Shown: piece after piece, positions 19,719-30,071 of the stretch
Position numbering within the stretch: position 1 is the first letter of the stretch
How the letters are laid out: every line of letters starts with the position of its first letter
From: Promethearchaeota archaeon
GTDB taxonomy: Archaea; Asgardarchaeota; Lokiarchaeia; Sigyniarchaeales; SOKP01
Assembly: GCA_019057865.1 (NCBI GenBank)
Contig: JAHLWP010000010.1
Span: forward strand, 1-64,000
DNA: 64,000 nucleotides
Direction: 5' to 3'
Made by a program: the position numbers and the translations under genes
Notes under the pieces: generated by a model
Told to the model about the DNA's origin: nothing
Seen by the model: only the letters and a program-made list of their open reading frames with translations
The model's database searches: none

Positions 19719-20468
19719 TTATCTTATTTTTCTTATAGTATTAGTTAATAATGCTATAACATTGTTAACATTTTTGCCAAAGATTTCTAATATTTCTTCC
19801 CAAGTAACGGGTGCTTCATCCTCTTTCCAGCAGTCATAATCTGTAGACATAGCAACAGCAGCATATGGGATACCTGCTTCGTTTGCTAAAATTGTTTCAG
19901 GTGCTATGCTCATATTTACCACATCTGCACCCCATATCCGAAACATATTTGATTCTGCTCTTGTAGAAAACCTTGGACCTTCAATTGTAACAACAGTTCC
20001 TGTTTCATGATATTTAAGATTCAGTTCTTTTGCAGTTTCAATAAGAATTTTTCTTAACTCTTCTGAATAAGGATCAGCCATTGGGGTATGCTTCATATCT
20101 CCAGGGGCAAATTCTTCAAAAAAAGATATTTTCCTGAGTCGAGTGAAGTCTATAAATTGGTCAAGAATAACGAGATCCCCTCTATCTATATTCTCTCTCA
20201 AGCTCCCGCAAGCAGTTGTAGCAAGGATATGAGAACAACCTTGATCTTTTAATGCTTGTATGTTTGCTCTATAATTTACTTGCGTTGGAGGAATTATATG
20301 CTCTCTTCCGTGTCGCGCTATGAGTACTACATCAACATCGTTGATTTTTCCTAATTTTAAAGGAGAAGTAGGTTTTCCATATGGTGTATCAACATTTATA
20401 TCTTTAGCATCCTTTAAAATTTCCGGATTATCTAATCCTGAACCACCAATTATACCTATTTTTACCAT
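19719..20468 (-). CDS. mtnP: 5'-methylthioadenosine phosphorylase
   Basis: GIIGGSG, RHG, TACGSL, EGPRFSTRAES, TDYDCW; probable ATG at 20468. Confidence 0.95.
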   Translation of the reverse strand: MVKIGIIGGSGLDNPEILKDAKDINVDTPYGKPTSPLKLGKINDVDVVLIARHGREHIIPPTQVNYRANIQALKDQGCSHILATTACGSLRENIDRGDLVILDQFIDFTRLRKISFFEEFAPGDMKHTPMADPYSEELRKILIETAKELNLKYHETGTVVTIEGPRFSTRAESNMFRIWGADVVNMSIAPETILANEAGIPYAAVAMSTDYDCWKEDEAPVTWEEILEIFGKNVNNVIALLTNTIRKIR

Positions 20469-20620
20469 AATATTCAACAATATAGAGTTTTTAATTTATA
20501 AAATTTAAAATTTAATAAATTGTTTTTTAAAAAACTTACCCACTACTGCTAAATTCTATAAAGTTTTAACACAATATGGATTAGTGTAAAATATATTTCT
20601 AAAATTTAATTTATTGCCTT

Positions 20621-21619
20621 ATGCCAAAAAACAAAGTCCTCGTACTTGGATCGTTAGCTTTTGATTATATTATGAGTTTTAAAGAGAATTTTATTAGCGC
20701 TGTGTCGATTGACCATGATAAGGAAGAATATCAAAGTACCGTTACCGCAGATAGTCGTCATCAATTTTTTGGTGGAACGGCAGGCAATATTGCTTATAAT
20801 CTAGGACTACTAAGTATAGCTAAAGTTTCTATATTAGGGTCAGTAGGGAATGATTTTGAGACATTGGGATATAAGGATCATATAAAAAAGTTTAAAAATG
20901 TAGATTTAAGAGTTGATGTCTATGATAATCTTTTTACAGCGGCTTGTTTCATAGTTAATGACATTAAATCAAATCAAATGATTATTTTTCATGGTGGTGC
21001 TTTAGATAGGTGTAAAGATATAGATTTAAGAGAAAAAATATCAAACCCAGAAGAGTTCGTTTATGCAATAAACTCAACACAAAGCGTAGAAGCTATGACT
21101 AATTTTGCCGCTCAATTGAATGACTTACAAATACCCTCTATATTTGATCCTGGTCAAGTTACACCTCTTTTTCAGAGAGAAAATTTAATTGATATACTCA
21201 AAAGATCAGATATATTAATTGGTAACAATCATGAGACAAGACAAATTAAAGAGAGATCCGGATTAGCTGAAGAGTCTATTCTCGAACATGTTAAGGCATT
21301 AATTATCACAAAAGGATCTGAAGGTTCTGAATTAATATATAGAGATGAAAATAATAAAATATATAAGATTAATATCCCGATTGCAACTCCTATGAAAATT
21401 GAAGATACCACTGGGGCAGGAGATGGATACCGTGCTGGAATACTTACGGGATTAGTGCTGAACATGACCATATTAGATTCTTGTAGATTAGGAGCTATTA
21501 TCGGCTCCTTTGTGGTTGAAACTACAGGAGCTCAAACACAAATCTTTAATATTGAACAAGTTAGAAAACGATTTTTTAATACATTTGGCTATACCCCTGC
21601 TGAATTAGAAAATATATAA
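20621..21619 (+). CDS. PfkB-family nucleoside/adenosine kinase
   Basis: GSLAFD, GGTAGNIA, FDPGQ, DTTGAGDGYRAG. Confidence 0.9.
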   Translation: MPKNKVLVLGSLAFDYIMSFKENFISAVSIDHDKEEYQSTVTADSRHQFFGGTAGNIAYNLGLLSIAKVSILGSVGNDFETLGYKDHIKKFKNVDLRVDVYDNLFTAACFIVNDIKSNQMIIFHGGALDRCKDIDLREKISNPEEFVYAINSTQSVEAMTNFAAQLNDLQIPSIFDPGQVTPLFQRENLIDILKRSDILIGNNHETRQIKERSGLAEESILEHVKALIITKGSEGSELIYRDENNKIYKINIPIATPMKIEDTTGAGDGYRAGILTGLVLNMTILDSCRLGAIIGSFVVETTGAQTQIFNIEQVRKRFFNTFGYTPAELENI

Positions 21620-21671
21620 AAAAAAAGATTAGTCATTGATTTTAAAAAATCTTGATTTCATAATAAAGGAT

Positions 21672-22199
21672 TTATTCTTCAACGGGGATTTTAATTAGAG
21701 AAAGAATATCATAACCTTCTAATTTATCTCTACCATGTAAACTGCCAGTAAGTTCAATAACAAAAGCAACTCCAATGACTTGTCCTCCCGCTTTTTCCAC
21801 TAAACTACATGCTGCTTTAGCAGTACCACCTGTTGCTAATAAATCATCAAAAACTAAAACTTTTTCACCTCTCTCAATTGCATCCTTGTGCATCTCAATT
21901 GTATCTGTCCCATATTCAAGCTCATATTTTTCGCTTAATGTCTCTGCGGGCAATTTACCAGGCTTTCTCATTAATACAAATCCAGCACCTAATTGATATG
22001 CTAGAACCCCTCCCCAAACATATCCACGTGCTTCAATAGCAACAACTTTAGTTATCCCTTTATTCTTGAAATATTCTATTATTCTATTGCATGATTCTTT
22101 GAAGGGAGCATGTACTTTACACAATGTTGTAACGTCTTTGAATTGTATACCTGGTTTTGGGAAGCCTGGTACATTACGAATAAATTCTTCCAAGTTCAT
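21672..22199 (-). CDS. apt: Adenine phosphoribosyltransferase
   Basis: FPKPGIQFKD, EARG, RKPGKLP, LEYG, DDLLATGGT. Confidence 0.97.
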   Translation of the reverse strand: MNLEEFIRNVPGFPKPGIQFKDVTTLCKVHAPFKESCNRIIEYFKNKGITKVVAIEARGYVWGGVLAYQLGAGFVLMRKPGKLPAETLSEKYELEYGTDTIEMHKDAIERGEKVLVFDDLLATGGTAKAACSLVEKAGGQVIGVAFVIELTGSLHGRDKLEGYDILSLIKIPVEE

Positions 22200-22402
22200 T
22201 TATATCAATTCCAATTTAAATTTATTTTTTATTTTAGTTAATTTAAAATCATATTTAATTGAATTGAATCGTCATAAGATCAATCCCCTTTAAAACAGAA
22301 TATATCTTTTAATTAATTAGAAAAAATTAAATAACGATTAAAGTATAAAAAATATATTAGAACTGTAATTAAAATTAATTTAAATTCAAAAAGAGAATCC
22401 CC

Positions 22403-23350
22403 ATGAAAATACTGCTTTTTGGTCCTGCAGGTGCAGGGAAAACCAGTCTAATGAGAACTACTTGCTTAGGATATAATTTTATGAAGATTTTAAATTTAAA
22501 ACCTACTAAAGGTGTTTCAAGAGAAAATTTTATCTTTCGGGGTATAATGGAACTTAATGTCTGGGATCTAGGAGGACAAGAACGGTATATGGAGCGGTAC
22601 TTTTCTGAATCCCAAAGAGAGCGTATATTTTCAGAATCTACAACAGCGGTCTTCATGGTTGATTCTGTGGTAATTGATCCAAATGTTCGAGAAATTTTCG
22701 ATAATTTTTTAAAATATCTACTTGAATTCTCTCCCAATATTGAGAACATTTATGTATTATTAAATAAAATAGATTTACCAGAATCAAGAGAAGATGATTT
22801 TTTTAAGGTTCTATCTAATGAGTTAAATGGGGATTTTATGAAGAAACTCGCTTTTACGCCAGTATCAGTAAAAGAAGGCAGTGCGCAACACAGATTAATT
22901 GAAATATTAGATTATGAAATCCAGAAGAATACATTATCAATGCAACGTTTAGGAAAGATACGACATTTACTTGATCAGTTAAAAACCAATACATTATCTG
23001 AGTATCTTTTATTTAATCAACCTGATGGATTAATAATTGCCTCTACTTTTGGAAAACTTGATCTAAAGCCCCTACAGTTCATGAAATTTGAAATCGGAAC
23101 TTTAGATTCGAATATTTATAACATTTATCAGCAAGTTATGGAGTTACAAAATATATCTAATTATTCTGCTTTATCTTTATCTACTATTGTTTATGAATCT
23201 GATAATTGTTATATCTTAGTGAAAGAGGTGAGCAATGGAGCAGTTTTAATGGCAATTACGAAAAATAGGCAACCAGAAGTCTTCTCTGGTGTAATGAATG
23301 CGTTGAGTGGAGAAGAATTTGAGAATTTAAAGGAATTCTTAATTACTTAA
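22403..23350 (+). CDS. RagA/Gtr1-like GTPase with C-terminal roadblock domain
   Basis: GPAGAGKT, WDLGGQERYMERYF..QRERIF, NKID; C-terminal EYLLFNQPDGLIIAST roadblock-like region. Confidence 0.88.
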   Translation: MKILLFGPAGAGKTSLMRTTCLGYNFMKILNLKPTKGVSRENFIFRGIMELNVWDLGGQERYMERYFSESQRERIFSESTTAVFMVDSVVIDPNVREIFDNFLKYLLEFSPNIENIYVLLNKIDLPESREDDFFKVLSNELNGDFMKKLAFTPVSVKEGSAQHRLIEILDYEIQKNTLSMQRLGKIRHLLDQLKTNTLSEYLLFNQPDGLIIASTFGKLDLKPLQFMKFEIGTLDSNIYNIYQQVMELQNISNYSALSLSTIVYESDNCYILVKEVSNGAVLMAITKNRQPEVFSGVMNALSGEEFENLKEFLIT

Positions 23351-23465
23351 ACATAGTTATTTTATTCTATTTTTTTGTTGAATTATAGGTTTTTATATAA
23401 TCTATTCTTGAGATTAGAATTAGCAAAATAAAAAAATAAATTTTAGAAGAAATGTTGATAATAAT

Positions 23466-24311
23466 TTATTGTTCTTTCTCGTGAAGCCCCCTTTTTGTTA
23501 AGAAGTGCTGTTTAGTATGATGAGGTCTTCTTAAAACTGAATCATTATATTTTTCTATTTCTCGCGCGTCATCGCACATGAGTGCTGCTGTTCTCATCAT
23601 TTCATGGGCAGTTGCTAGTAATGGTATATATTCAGATCTCTCTTTGAGTACAAAACAAGCTTTTCCTGTAATTATTGAAACTGAAGCAGACAATTCAAAA
23701 GCAGCTATAGCTTTAGCTTCTGCATATGGGTTAGAAAATTTAGCAGCCTTTATAGCAGTTGTGGCATCAATGATAATCTGTGGTAAAATTGGTGTTTTAC
23801 CTTCTAGCATATCTAGAATTACTTTATTTAACTCTTCAGCAATAACCTGAAGAGCGCCAGTTATTGCCAGCACTTTTAATAAATCTGCATTGAAGCAACT
23901 CATTTCAATAGGATCTAAAAATGGTCTCCTCGCACCAATCATACAATCACAATTCACAAGAATATACCCCATTCCCTTCTCTTGAATTTCTTCTACGGCT
24001 TTCTTAGCTGGAGCGTCTGAGATTATAATCGTAGGTATCCCGGCTTCTTTAGCCACATCTCTAGCCTCTTTAGGACCTTTAAGTGCGGCATTCGGGCTTG
24101 ACATTAAAATCAATTCTGGCTCCCATTTTAATAAGTCCTTCATAGTTTCGGTGCACAATTCTGGTGGATGCATTTTGGCTCCAGAGGTTATCTCATAAAC
24201 ATTGATTCTGGTAGCTTCAGCTCTTTCATCCATTAAGAAAGCTAGTAATAAAGACGAACCAATTGTTCCATTCTTCAAAATTCCTATTTTAAGAATCTTA
24301 TCTTCGCTCAT
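23466..24311 (-). CDS. mtd: F420-dependent methylene-H4MPT dehydrogenase
   Basis: DERA, SGAKM, SPN...GP, MIGARRPFLDPIEM..FNAD, FSNPYA, AHEMMR, RRPH; probable ATG at 24311. Confidence 0.93.
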   Translation of the reverse strand: MSEDKILKIGILKNGTIGSSLLLAFLMDERAEATRINVYEITSGAKMHPPELCTETMKDLLKWEPELILMSSPNAALKGPKEARDVAKEAGIPTIIISDAPAKKAVEEIQEKGMGYILVNCDCMIGARRPFLDPIEMSCFNADLLKVLAITGALQVIAEELNKVILDMLEGKTPILPQIIIDATTAIKAAKFSNPYAEAKAIAAFELSASVSIITGKACFVLKERSEYIPLLATAHEMMRTAALMCDDAREIEKYNDSVLRRPHHTKQHFLTKRGLHEKEQ

Positions 24312-24470
24312 TTTAATCAATTAAATTTGTAATTTCAGAATTTTAATTATAATTACTATTTATCTCTAACAATTTTTCAATGTTATTAATTTTGCTTTAA
24401 AATTTTATATAAAATAGATGTCTAATTTAATAATGACTAAAATTAATTAAAACTAAAAAAGTTGTAAAAA

Positions 24471-25394
24471 ATGGAATTAAATGGAGTAGAAATTGAAGAT
24501 ACCTATTGTGAAGCATTTGGAGGCTTCTTTACAAGAATTTTAGTAACTGCTAAAAATGAAAAATGGGTTAAAATTGCAGCTCAAGAAGCAACGGGTTATG
24601 GTACATCAGGGATTGGTTGCGACGCAGAGGCGGGAATAGATGTATTAGTACCTGCCGAGAAAACACCCGATAATCGTCCTGGAGTTGCGATGATGTTTTT
24701 TATTAAGAAAAAGGATAAAGTTAGTAATGTAATGATGCACCGTGTAGGGCAATGCATTTTAACATGTCCAACCACAGCTTGTTTTGATGCAATAGGTGGT
24801 TCTTTAGAACCAGAAAAGGAATTCGAGGTAAAAACAGGTTATTTCCTTAAATTTTTTGGAGATAAGTATGAAGAAAAGCTTGAAGACGTTTTTCCATTTC
24901 CCGCATGGAAAATTCCTATTATGGGAGGAGAATTTATCATTCAGAGTTCTTTTAAAGTTGGGAAAGGAATAGCTGGTGGAAATTTCTTAATAATCGGAAA
25001 AGATCAAGATTCTACATTAGAAGCAGCAGAGAAAGCGATTGAGGCTATAAAGGATGTAGAAAATGTTATTGCTCCTTTTCCAGGGGGAATTGTGCCCTCG
25101 GGATCAAAAGTTGGGACCCAATATAAAAACATTCCGGGACTTTTCGCAAGCACTAACCATGCTTATTGTCCAACTTTAAGAACCAAAGTAGAAGATACTC
25201 AACTAAGAGAAGGAGATGGGGCAGTTTTTGAAATTGTTTTAGATGGAGCTACTGAAGATTCTGTAAAAAAAGCATTAAAACTAGGAATCGAGGCTGCTGT
25301 AAAAGTTACAGGAGTAAATAGAATCTCAGCAGGCAATTATGGTGGTAAACTGGGAAGATTTCATTATAGGCTTTATGAACTTGGTTTAGAATAA
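24471..25394 (+). CDS. ftr: Formylmethanofuran:H4MPT formyltransferase
   Basis: NGVEIEDTYCEAF, TPDNRPG, GQCILTCPTTA, PFPGGIVPSGSKVG, SAGNYGGKLG. Confidence 0.96.
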   Translation: MELNGVEIEDTYCEAFGGFFTRILVTAKNEKWVKIAAQEATGYGTSGIGCDAEAGIDVLVPAEKTPDNRPGVAMMFFIKKKDKVSNVMMHRVGQCILTCPTTACFDAIGGSLEPEKEFEVKTGYFLKFFGDKYEEKLEDVFPFPAWKIPIMGGEFIIQSSFKVGKGIAGGNFLIIGKDQDSTLEAAEKAIEAIKDVENVIAPFPGGIVPSGSKVGTQYKNIPGLFASTNHAYCPTLRTKVEDTQLREGDGAVFEIVLDGATEDSVKKALKLGIEAAVKVTGVNRISAGNYGGKLGRFHYRLYELGLE

Positions 25395-25433
25395 GACAAA
25401 AGAAGTTAAAGATTAGTAAAAATATTTTTTCCT

Positions 25434-27143
25434 TTATTTTAATTTTCTTTTTATTTTACGAAAAGGAGTTTTCTGTTTTTCTTCTTCCTCTTTAGGAGGT
25501 TCTTTCTCCACTTCTTTAACAGGTTCTTCTTTTTTCGGTTTTATAACTTTTTTTTCTGTTTTTTTGATAGATTTAAGAGGTTCTTTTTTCTTTGGAGTTA
25601 CTTTTTGTGCGCCTAATAAACTTGACTTTACCAGTTTGTAGGATCCACCTATCCCTGCTAATATACCAAAAATTAATCCAACAAAAAATGTCACCCATGG
25701 TAAAATACCAGAAAATACATCAGTAATAATTCTTATTTCTTGAGGTGCTAAATTATAATCATCGATAAGGCTTGTCGTTTCCCAATCGGTATCAGTAACA
25801 TAAATATAAACATACCATGTTCCTTTTACTAATTCAGCGGTTCTAATACTAATTCGCATGTTTTCTCCTGTATAAGCTCTAGTAATATTATACCAATCAT
25901 TATTTTTATCAATAAGGGCAACAGTTATATAAGCAATTCCTTCTACATCTGATACATTAAATGTAAAAGTTAAATCATCTCCATATAGTACTGATACACT
26001 CTCATCCATTGAATAATCATTTATTTTATAACTATGAATTTCAGGAGGATTATTTTCTACAGTCAAAAAAGTTGAATAAGAACCAACTCCATTATCAAGA
26101 TCTTTTACTGTAAAATTTACTCTATATTTTCCTATTGGTCTATCCGCTGGAATAGAAAAACTTTTAGAAAATAAATTTCCTTCTTCATGATCAATACTTA
26201 CACTAATCTTATCACCATTAGGATCCTCTAATTCCATTTTAACAATAAGTTCTGTTGGTATATTTTCTATATCTGTCACATTTAATGAAATATCGCATGA
26301 TTCAGTTCTCGGGACCTCTTCTAAAGAGAAATTAATTGATGAACTTATTATATGAGGGAGTGAATTCAATACATCAAAAGGAAAGTACGTAGGATATAGT
26401 TTTCCAGTACCAACATCTGATATATTAACTTTTACATAATAATTTTTATCTACTTGATCGAATGTGTCGTTTTCAATTATAAAAGAAAATTGAAAAAGGT
26501 TGTTTTCAAGATTAAATAAATTTATCTGCGTTGCTTCATTTACACTATCAACAATAGTAATATTCCAATCAAATTGGTAAGTTTTAAAGTCATTCAAAGT
26601 CAATTCAGCAGATAATGTGTCTTCTATATAATATCCAGAGCTATTAAAATTAAGCATATAATTTGTTTTAATTGTAAAATTTTTATATGTTGTATGGGCA
26701 TTCAATAGATTCCAAGTTGAATTATAAAGCAGAAAACTAACATTTTGGACTCCTAATGGTGCATTATATTCTGGTCGGTAGTAATATACATATTCTTTAA
26801 CTCCAATCCCTTCGGTCATATTATAAGTTCTTACTGATCCATTTGTAAAGGAAATTTCCATTACGGAGCTAGTAACATTAAGAAAAAGAAAGCTTGGGGC
26901 ATAAAGGGTAATATTAATAGATTCAAATAATCGATAAATTTCGGTCTCATTTAGAGTAATATAATCTTCTTCAGGTATTGGATCTCCAACATCAGCAGAT
27001 TCAATTAAATCCTTATTTTCTTCATTTTGAGTTTGAAAATAATCATTTTGTAAATTAAATACAAAGAATGGCAAAAAATAAAATGTAAGACTTGATAACG
27101 CTAGAAATATTAAAACTAAGCTGAGACATTGTATCTTTTTCAC
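25434..27143 (-). CDS. Membrane-anchored extracellular beta-sandwich (Ig-like) glycoprotein
   Basis: N-terminal TM/signal, many NxS/T sequons, C-terminal TM and K/E-rich tail. Confidence 0.8.
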   Translation of the reverse strand: MKKIQCLSLVLIFLALSSLTFYFLPFFVFNLQNDYFQTQNEENKDLIESADVGDPIPEEDYITLNETEIYRLFESINITLYAPSFLFLNVTSSVMEISFTNGSVRTYNMTEGIGVKEYVYYYRPEYNAPLGVQNVSFLLYNSTWNLLNAHTTYKNFTIKTNYMLNFNSSGYYIEDTLSAELTLNDFKTYQFDWNITIVDSVNEATQINLFNLENNLFQFSFIIENDTFDQVDKNYYVKVNISDVGTGKLYPTYFPFDVLNSLPHIISSSINFSLEEVPRTESCDISLNVTDIENIPTELIVKMELEDPNGDKISVSIDHEEGNLFSKSFSIPADRPIGKYRVNFTVKDLDNGVGSYSTFLTVENNPPEIHSYKINDYSMDESVSVLYGDDLTFTFNVSDVEGIAYITVALIDKNNDWYNITRAYTGENMRISIRTAELVKGTWYVYIYVTDTDWETTSLIDDYNLAPQEIRIITDVFSGILPWVTFFVGLIFGILAGIGGSYKLVKSSLLGAQKVTPKKKEPLKSIKKTEKKVIKPKKEEPVKEVEKEPPKEEEEKQKTPFRKIKRKLK

Positions 27144-27150
27144 TCTTAGG

Positions 27151-29913
27151 TCATCTCCTCAATTTTTTCATCTTTATATGTTTATTCTTAAAATATAATA
27201 TTATCCCAATCGGAACTATAATGGGTAAGAAATAAAATATTATTAAATTAAATGTGGATAATTCTATAGTAATTTCAAAATAAAATTGTGCAATCTCCTC
27301 TCCTGAACTATCTTTTAATAAAAATATGTACGATTTTGATCCAAATTCATAAGGATTAAATGGTAGCGTTATTTTTTTAACAATCCTATTTTCTCCAAGA
27401 GCTAACTGGTTTATATTTGCGCTAACTCTTTTATTATTTACGTATAATGAAAAAACTTCTGTTTCTTCGCGATTATTCTTTATAATCAGGATAAAATAGG
27501 CTGTACTTCCTTGAGAAACCTTCTTTGGGAATGATACACTAATAATTTCATATTTAGGGAGTATTTCAATAACTATAGTTTCTGTATAATATATAGTCTT
27601 ATTGATGGTAATACTCATTTCAATATCAATGGTATCATATATAATATTCTCAGAGGAGTTTAATTCATAGTATACCGTTTTTATCTGACTTTCAGCTAAA
27701 TACTCCTCGCTAATGAAGTCATCAATAAATTCTCCTGTAAAACTTACATTTAATGATTGTGTAGCATTTGGCCAGAAATTAATTATATTCATAGCAACTG
27801 AAATTTTATCTCCACTCACAATTTTACTATCATAGATAAAACCTTCATAGGCAAATGGATGTCCAATTTCTATGAATTTTATAATTTCTAAATAAGTATT
27901 ATTGCCCTTTATGAATTTAAAGTGTATTTTAGTATTTCCTAGAACTGCACCAAATTTTGCAGTGAGATTAAAAGATACTTCTGTAATTTCGAATGATGTG
28001 AAATTTATAATTTGAGCAGGATCACTTTCAATTTGCTCTCCTTCTAAAATTGCTGATAAAGTCACATCTTCATTACGAGTATTGTTAATTGGAACAGTTA
28101 CATTTAAAACTGGACCCTGATATAATGTTTTTACCAGTCCTTTTATTGAATGATTCACTAAACCAGAATTCACATTAAATGTCTTAATAATCTCAGCGAA
28201 ACCAAAGTAAGTTGTATTAGCCCACACATATATGTTATATCCATTTCCAATAGATAAAGCCTCTGGAATATTATATAAAAAAGTGTGTGAAGTATCTGTG
28301 TTGTTTGGATATTCAAATTGCTTAAAGAAAGTTCCATTGGGATATTTAAAAAGGTAATGAATGTCAGCATTAGTAATATCATAGGATATTTTCGTCATTA
28401 CAAAAGATAGATTATCGGGATTGTAATATAGCATTGGTTTCTCAAAAGAATATGTAGTAGTTAAATTCATACGATCTTGAAAAAATATAAAATTGGGAAC
28501 TTCATCTGATACATTATAAACTGATCTTAAAATAGTGCTATTATAAATTTTAAAAGCGTTTAAGTAAGCCTCACTTAACCTGAGATTAGAGTGTAAATTC
28601 TTACTAGTAACTGTATTTGAAGAATCATATGCCTTATTTAAAGGACCATCATACAAATTATTTTCAAAATAATCAAATATTTCTACAGCCCTATTATAAT
28701 AAGTAATATTTCCTGTTAATTCAAATAATTTTAAACAAGCACTCATCATTATAGAGTTTGCTTCAAGATTATATGCCGGGTCAGGATTGCTCCAATCTTG
28801 GTCTGCTTTATACATATAAGCAGGTCCAGATACCCATAACTCTTCATCTAGCTTATTATAAAGATCAATTGCTTTTTGGAGATGAGAAGAATCATTTTTC
28901 ATCCCAGTTTCAACCCAATATTCTAATAATGTTATAATTCCTATGGCGTTTACATCTAGATATTTATCTTTACCAAATGCTACTGGATCCCATGAACCTG
29001 AAGCGTTATAATAGAAACCTAAATATGGGGGGTCATCCCACATCTTATCAATCAGTTTTGCCATAGTTTGAATTGCTAATACATAAGCTTCATCTTTTAT
29101 CTCACTTTCAACTTGTAACTCACCAAATATTCTATGAATTTGTAAATTAGCTAAAATCGCATACAAATTATACTCAGTATATTTAACATTTGCTGTAGAG
29201 TTACGATGATTGAAGCCGATGTTATTGCTATCCCAAAATTCAGAAGAATTAATAAGGTCGAAAATCTCCACTATAGATTTTATTGGCGTGTCTCCATTGA
29301 TATCGATATCTTTCATATCAGTACCAATATTTTCAATTAATAAGAATATTGGCATTAGATTGTCAATTAGATATCTATTATCATCTTTTATAGTTTCAGT
29401 TGTATTATCAAAAGACCTTACAAACCCATATTGAAATTGATCCAAACTTTCCTTATACCATAAGGGAGTTGATCTTAATTCTAAATATTTCTCATAAGTT
29501 TCTATATGGCTAAGATTTGTTCCCATTAATGATTTATATAATAATAAATTATCCTCAGAAAATATTGTATCATCTATAATATCTCCTTCTCTATCTCCAT
29601 ATCTAAAATATAGATCAATACCTAAATCCAAATCTGCTTTATATTTACTTTCAAAAAATTGTTGTAGAACATCGAAGTTTTTAGTAAAAGGATCTTGAAG
29701 CATTGAAGTATCTGTTGCTAATTTAGGATTAGTATCGAAAGTATTTTGGATATCCGAAGGAGAATCAAAATTAGATGAAGCTGTGAAAAATTCATTAATA
29801 TCTATAAAACTAAAAATAATAATTATCAAAAAGAAAAGACAAAATAGTTTTTTCAGAGTTTGTCGATTGTGTTTTCTATTCTTACCAAAATTAGTAGAAC
29901 TAAAAAGATTCAT
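27151..29913 (-). CDS. Surface protein with (alpha/alpha)6 glycosidase-like (GH76/AGE-type) domain and Ig-like domains
   Basis: Repeated MWD....GF, KYLDVNA, LFELTGNITYYNRAVEIF; C-terminal TM. Confidence 0.7.
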   Translation of the reverse strand: MNLFSSTNFGKNRKHNRQTLKKLFCLFFLIIIIFSFIDINEFFTASSNFDSPSDIQNTFDTNPKLATDTSMLQDPFTKNFDVLQQFFESKYKADLDLGIDLYFRYGDREGDIIDDTIFSEDNLLLYKSLMGTNLSHIETYEKYLELRSTPLWYKESLDQFQYGFVRSFDNTTETIKDDNRYLIDNLMPIFLLIENIGTDMKDIDINGDTPIKSIVEIFDLINSSEFWDSNNIGFNHRNSTANVKYTEYNLYAILANLQIHRIFGELQVESEIKDEAYVLAIQTMAKLIDKMWDDPPYLGFYYNASGSWDPVAFGKDKYLDVNAIGIITLLEYWVETGMKNDSSHLQKAIDLYNKLDEELWVSGPAYMYKADQDWSNPDPAYNLEANSIMMSACLKLFELTGNITYYNRAVEIFDYFENNLYDGPLNKAYDSSNTVTSKNLHSNLRLSEAYLNAFKIYNSTILRSVYNVSDEVPNFIFFQDRMNLTTTYSFEKPMLYYNPDNLSFVMTKISYDITNADIHYLFKYPNGTFFKQFEYPNNTDTSHTFLYNIPEALSIGNGYNIYVWANTTYFGFAEIIKTFNVNSGLVNHSIKGLVKTLYQGPVLNVTVPINNTRNEDVTLSAILEGEQIESDPAQIINFTSFEITEVSFNLTAKFGAVLGNTKIHFKFIKGNNTYLEIIKFIEIGHPFAYEGFIYDSKIVSGDKISVAMNIINFWPNATQSLNVSFTGEFIDDFISEEYLAESQIKTVYYELNSSENIIYDTIDIEMSITINKTIYYTETIVIEILPKYEIISVSFPKKVSQGSTAYFILIIKNNREETEVFSLYVNNKRVSANINQLALGENRIVKKITLPFNPYEFGSKSYIFLLKDSSGEEIAQFYFEITIELSTFNLIIFYFLPIIVPIGIILYFKNKHIKMKKLRR

Positions 29914-30071
29914 TGTAATTTGTGTTCAGCTTTTATAAAAAATTGTCAAACTAAAGATTTATATTTGAATTATATTTTTAAAAAATCCTTCTCTTTAAAA
30001 TTTTTTTGGAACATAATAAAAAGATCCTAATATTAGGCAAAAATAGAATATTTATTAACAAGGTTAATATT

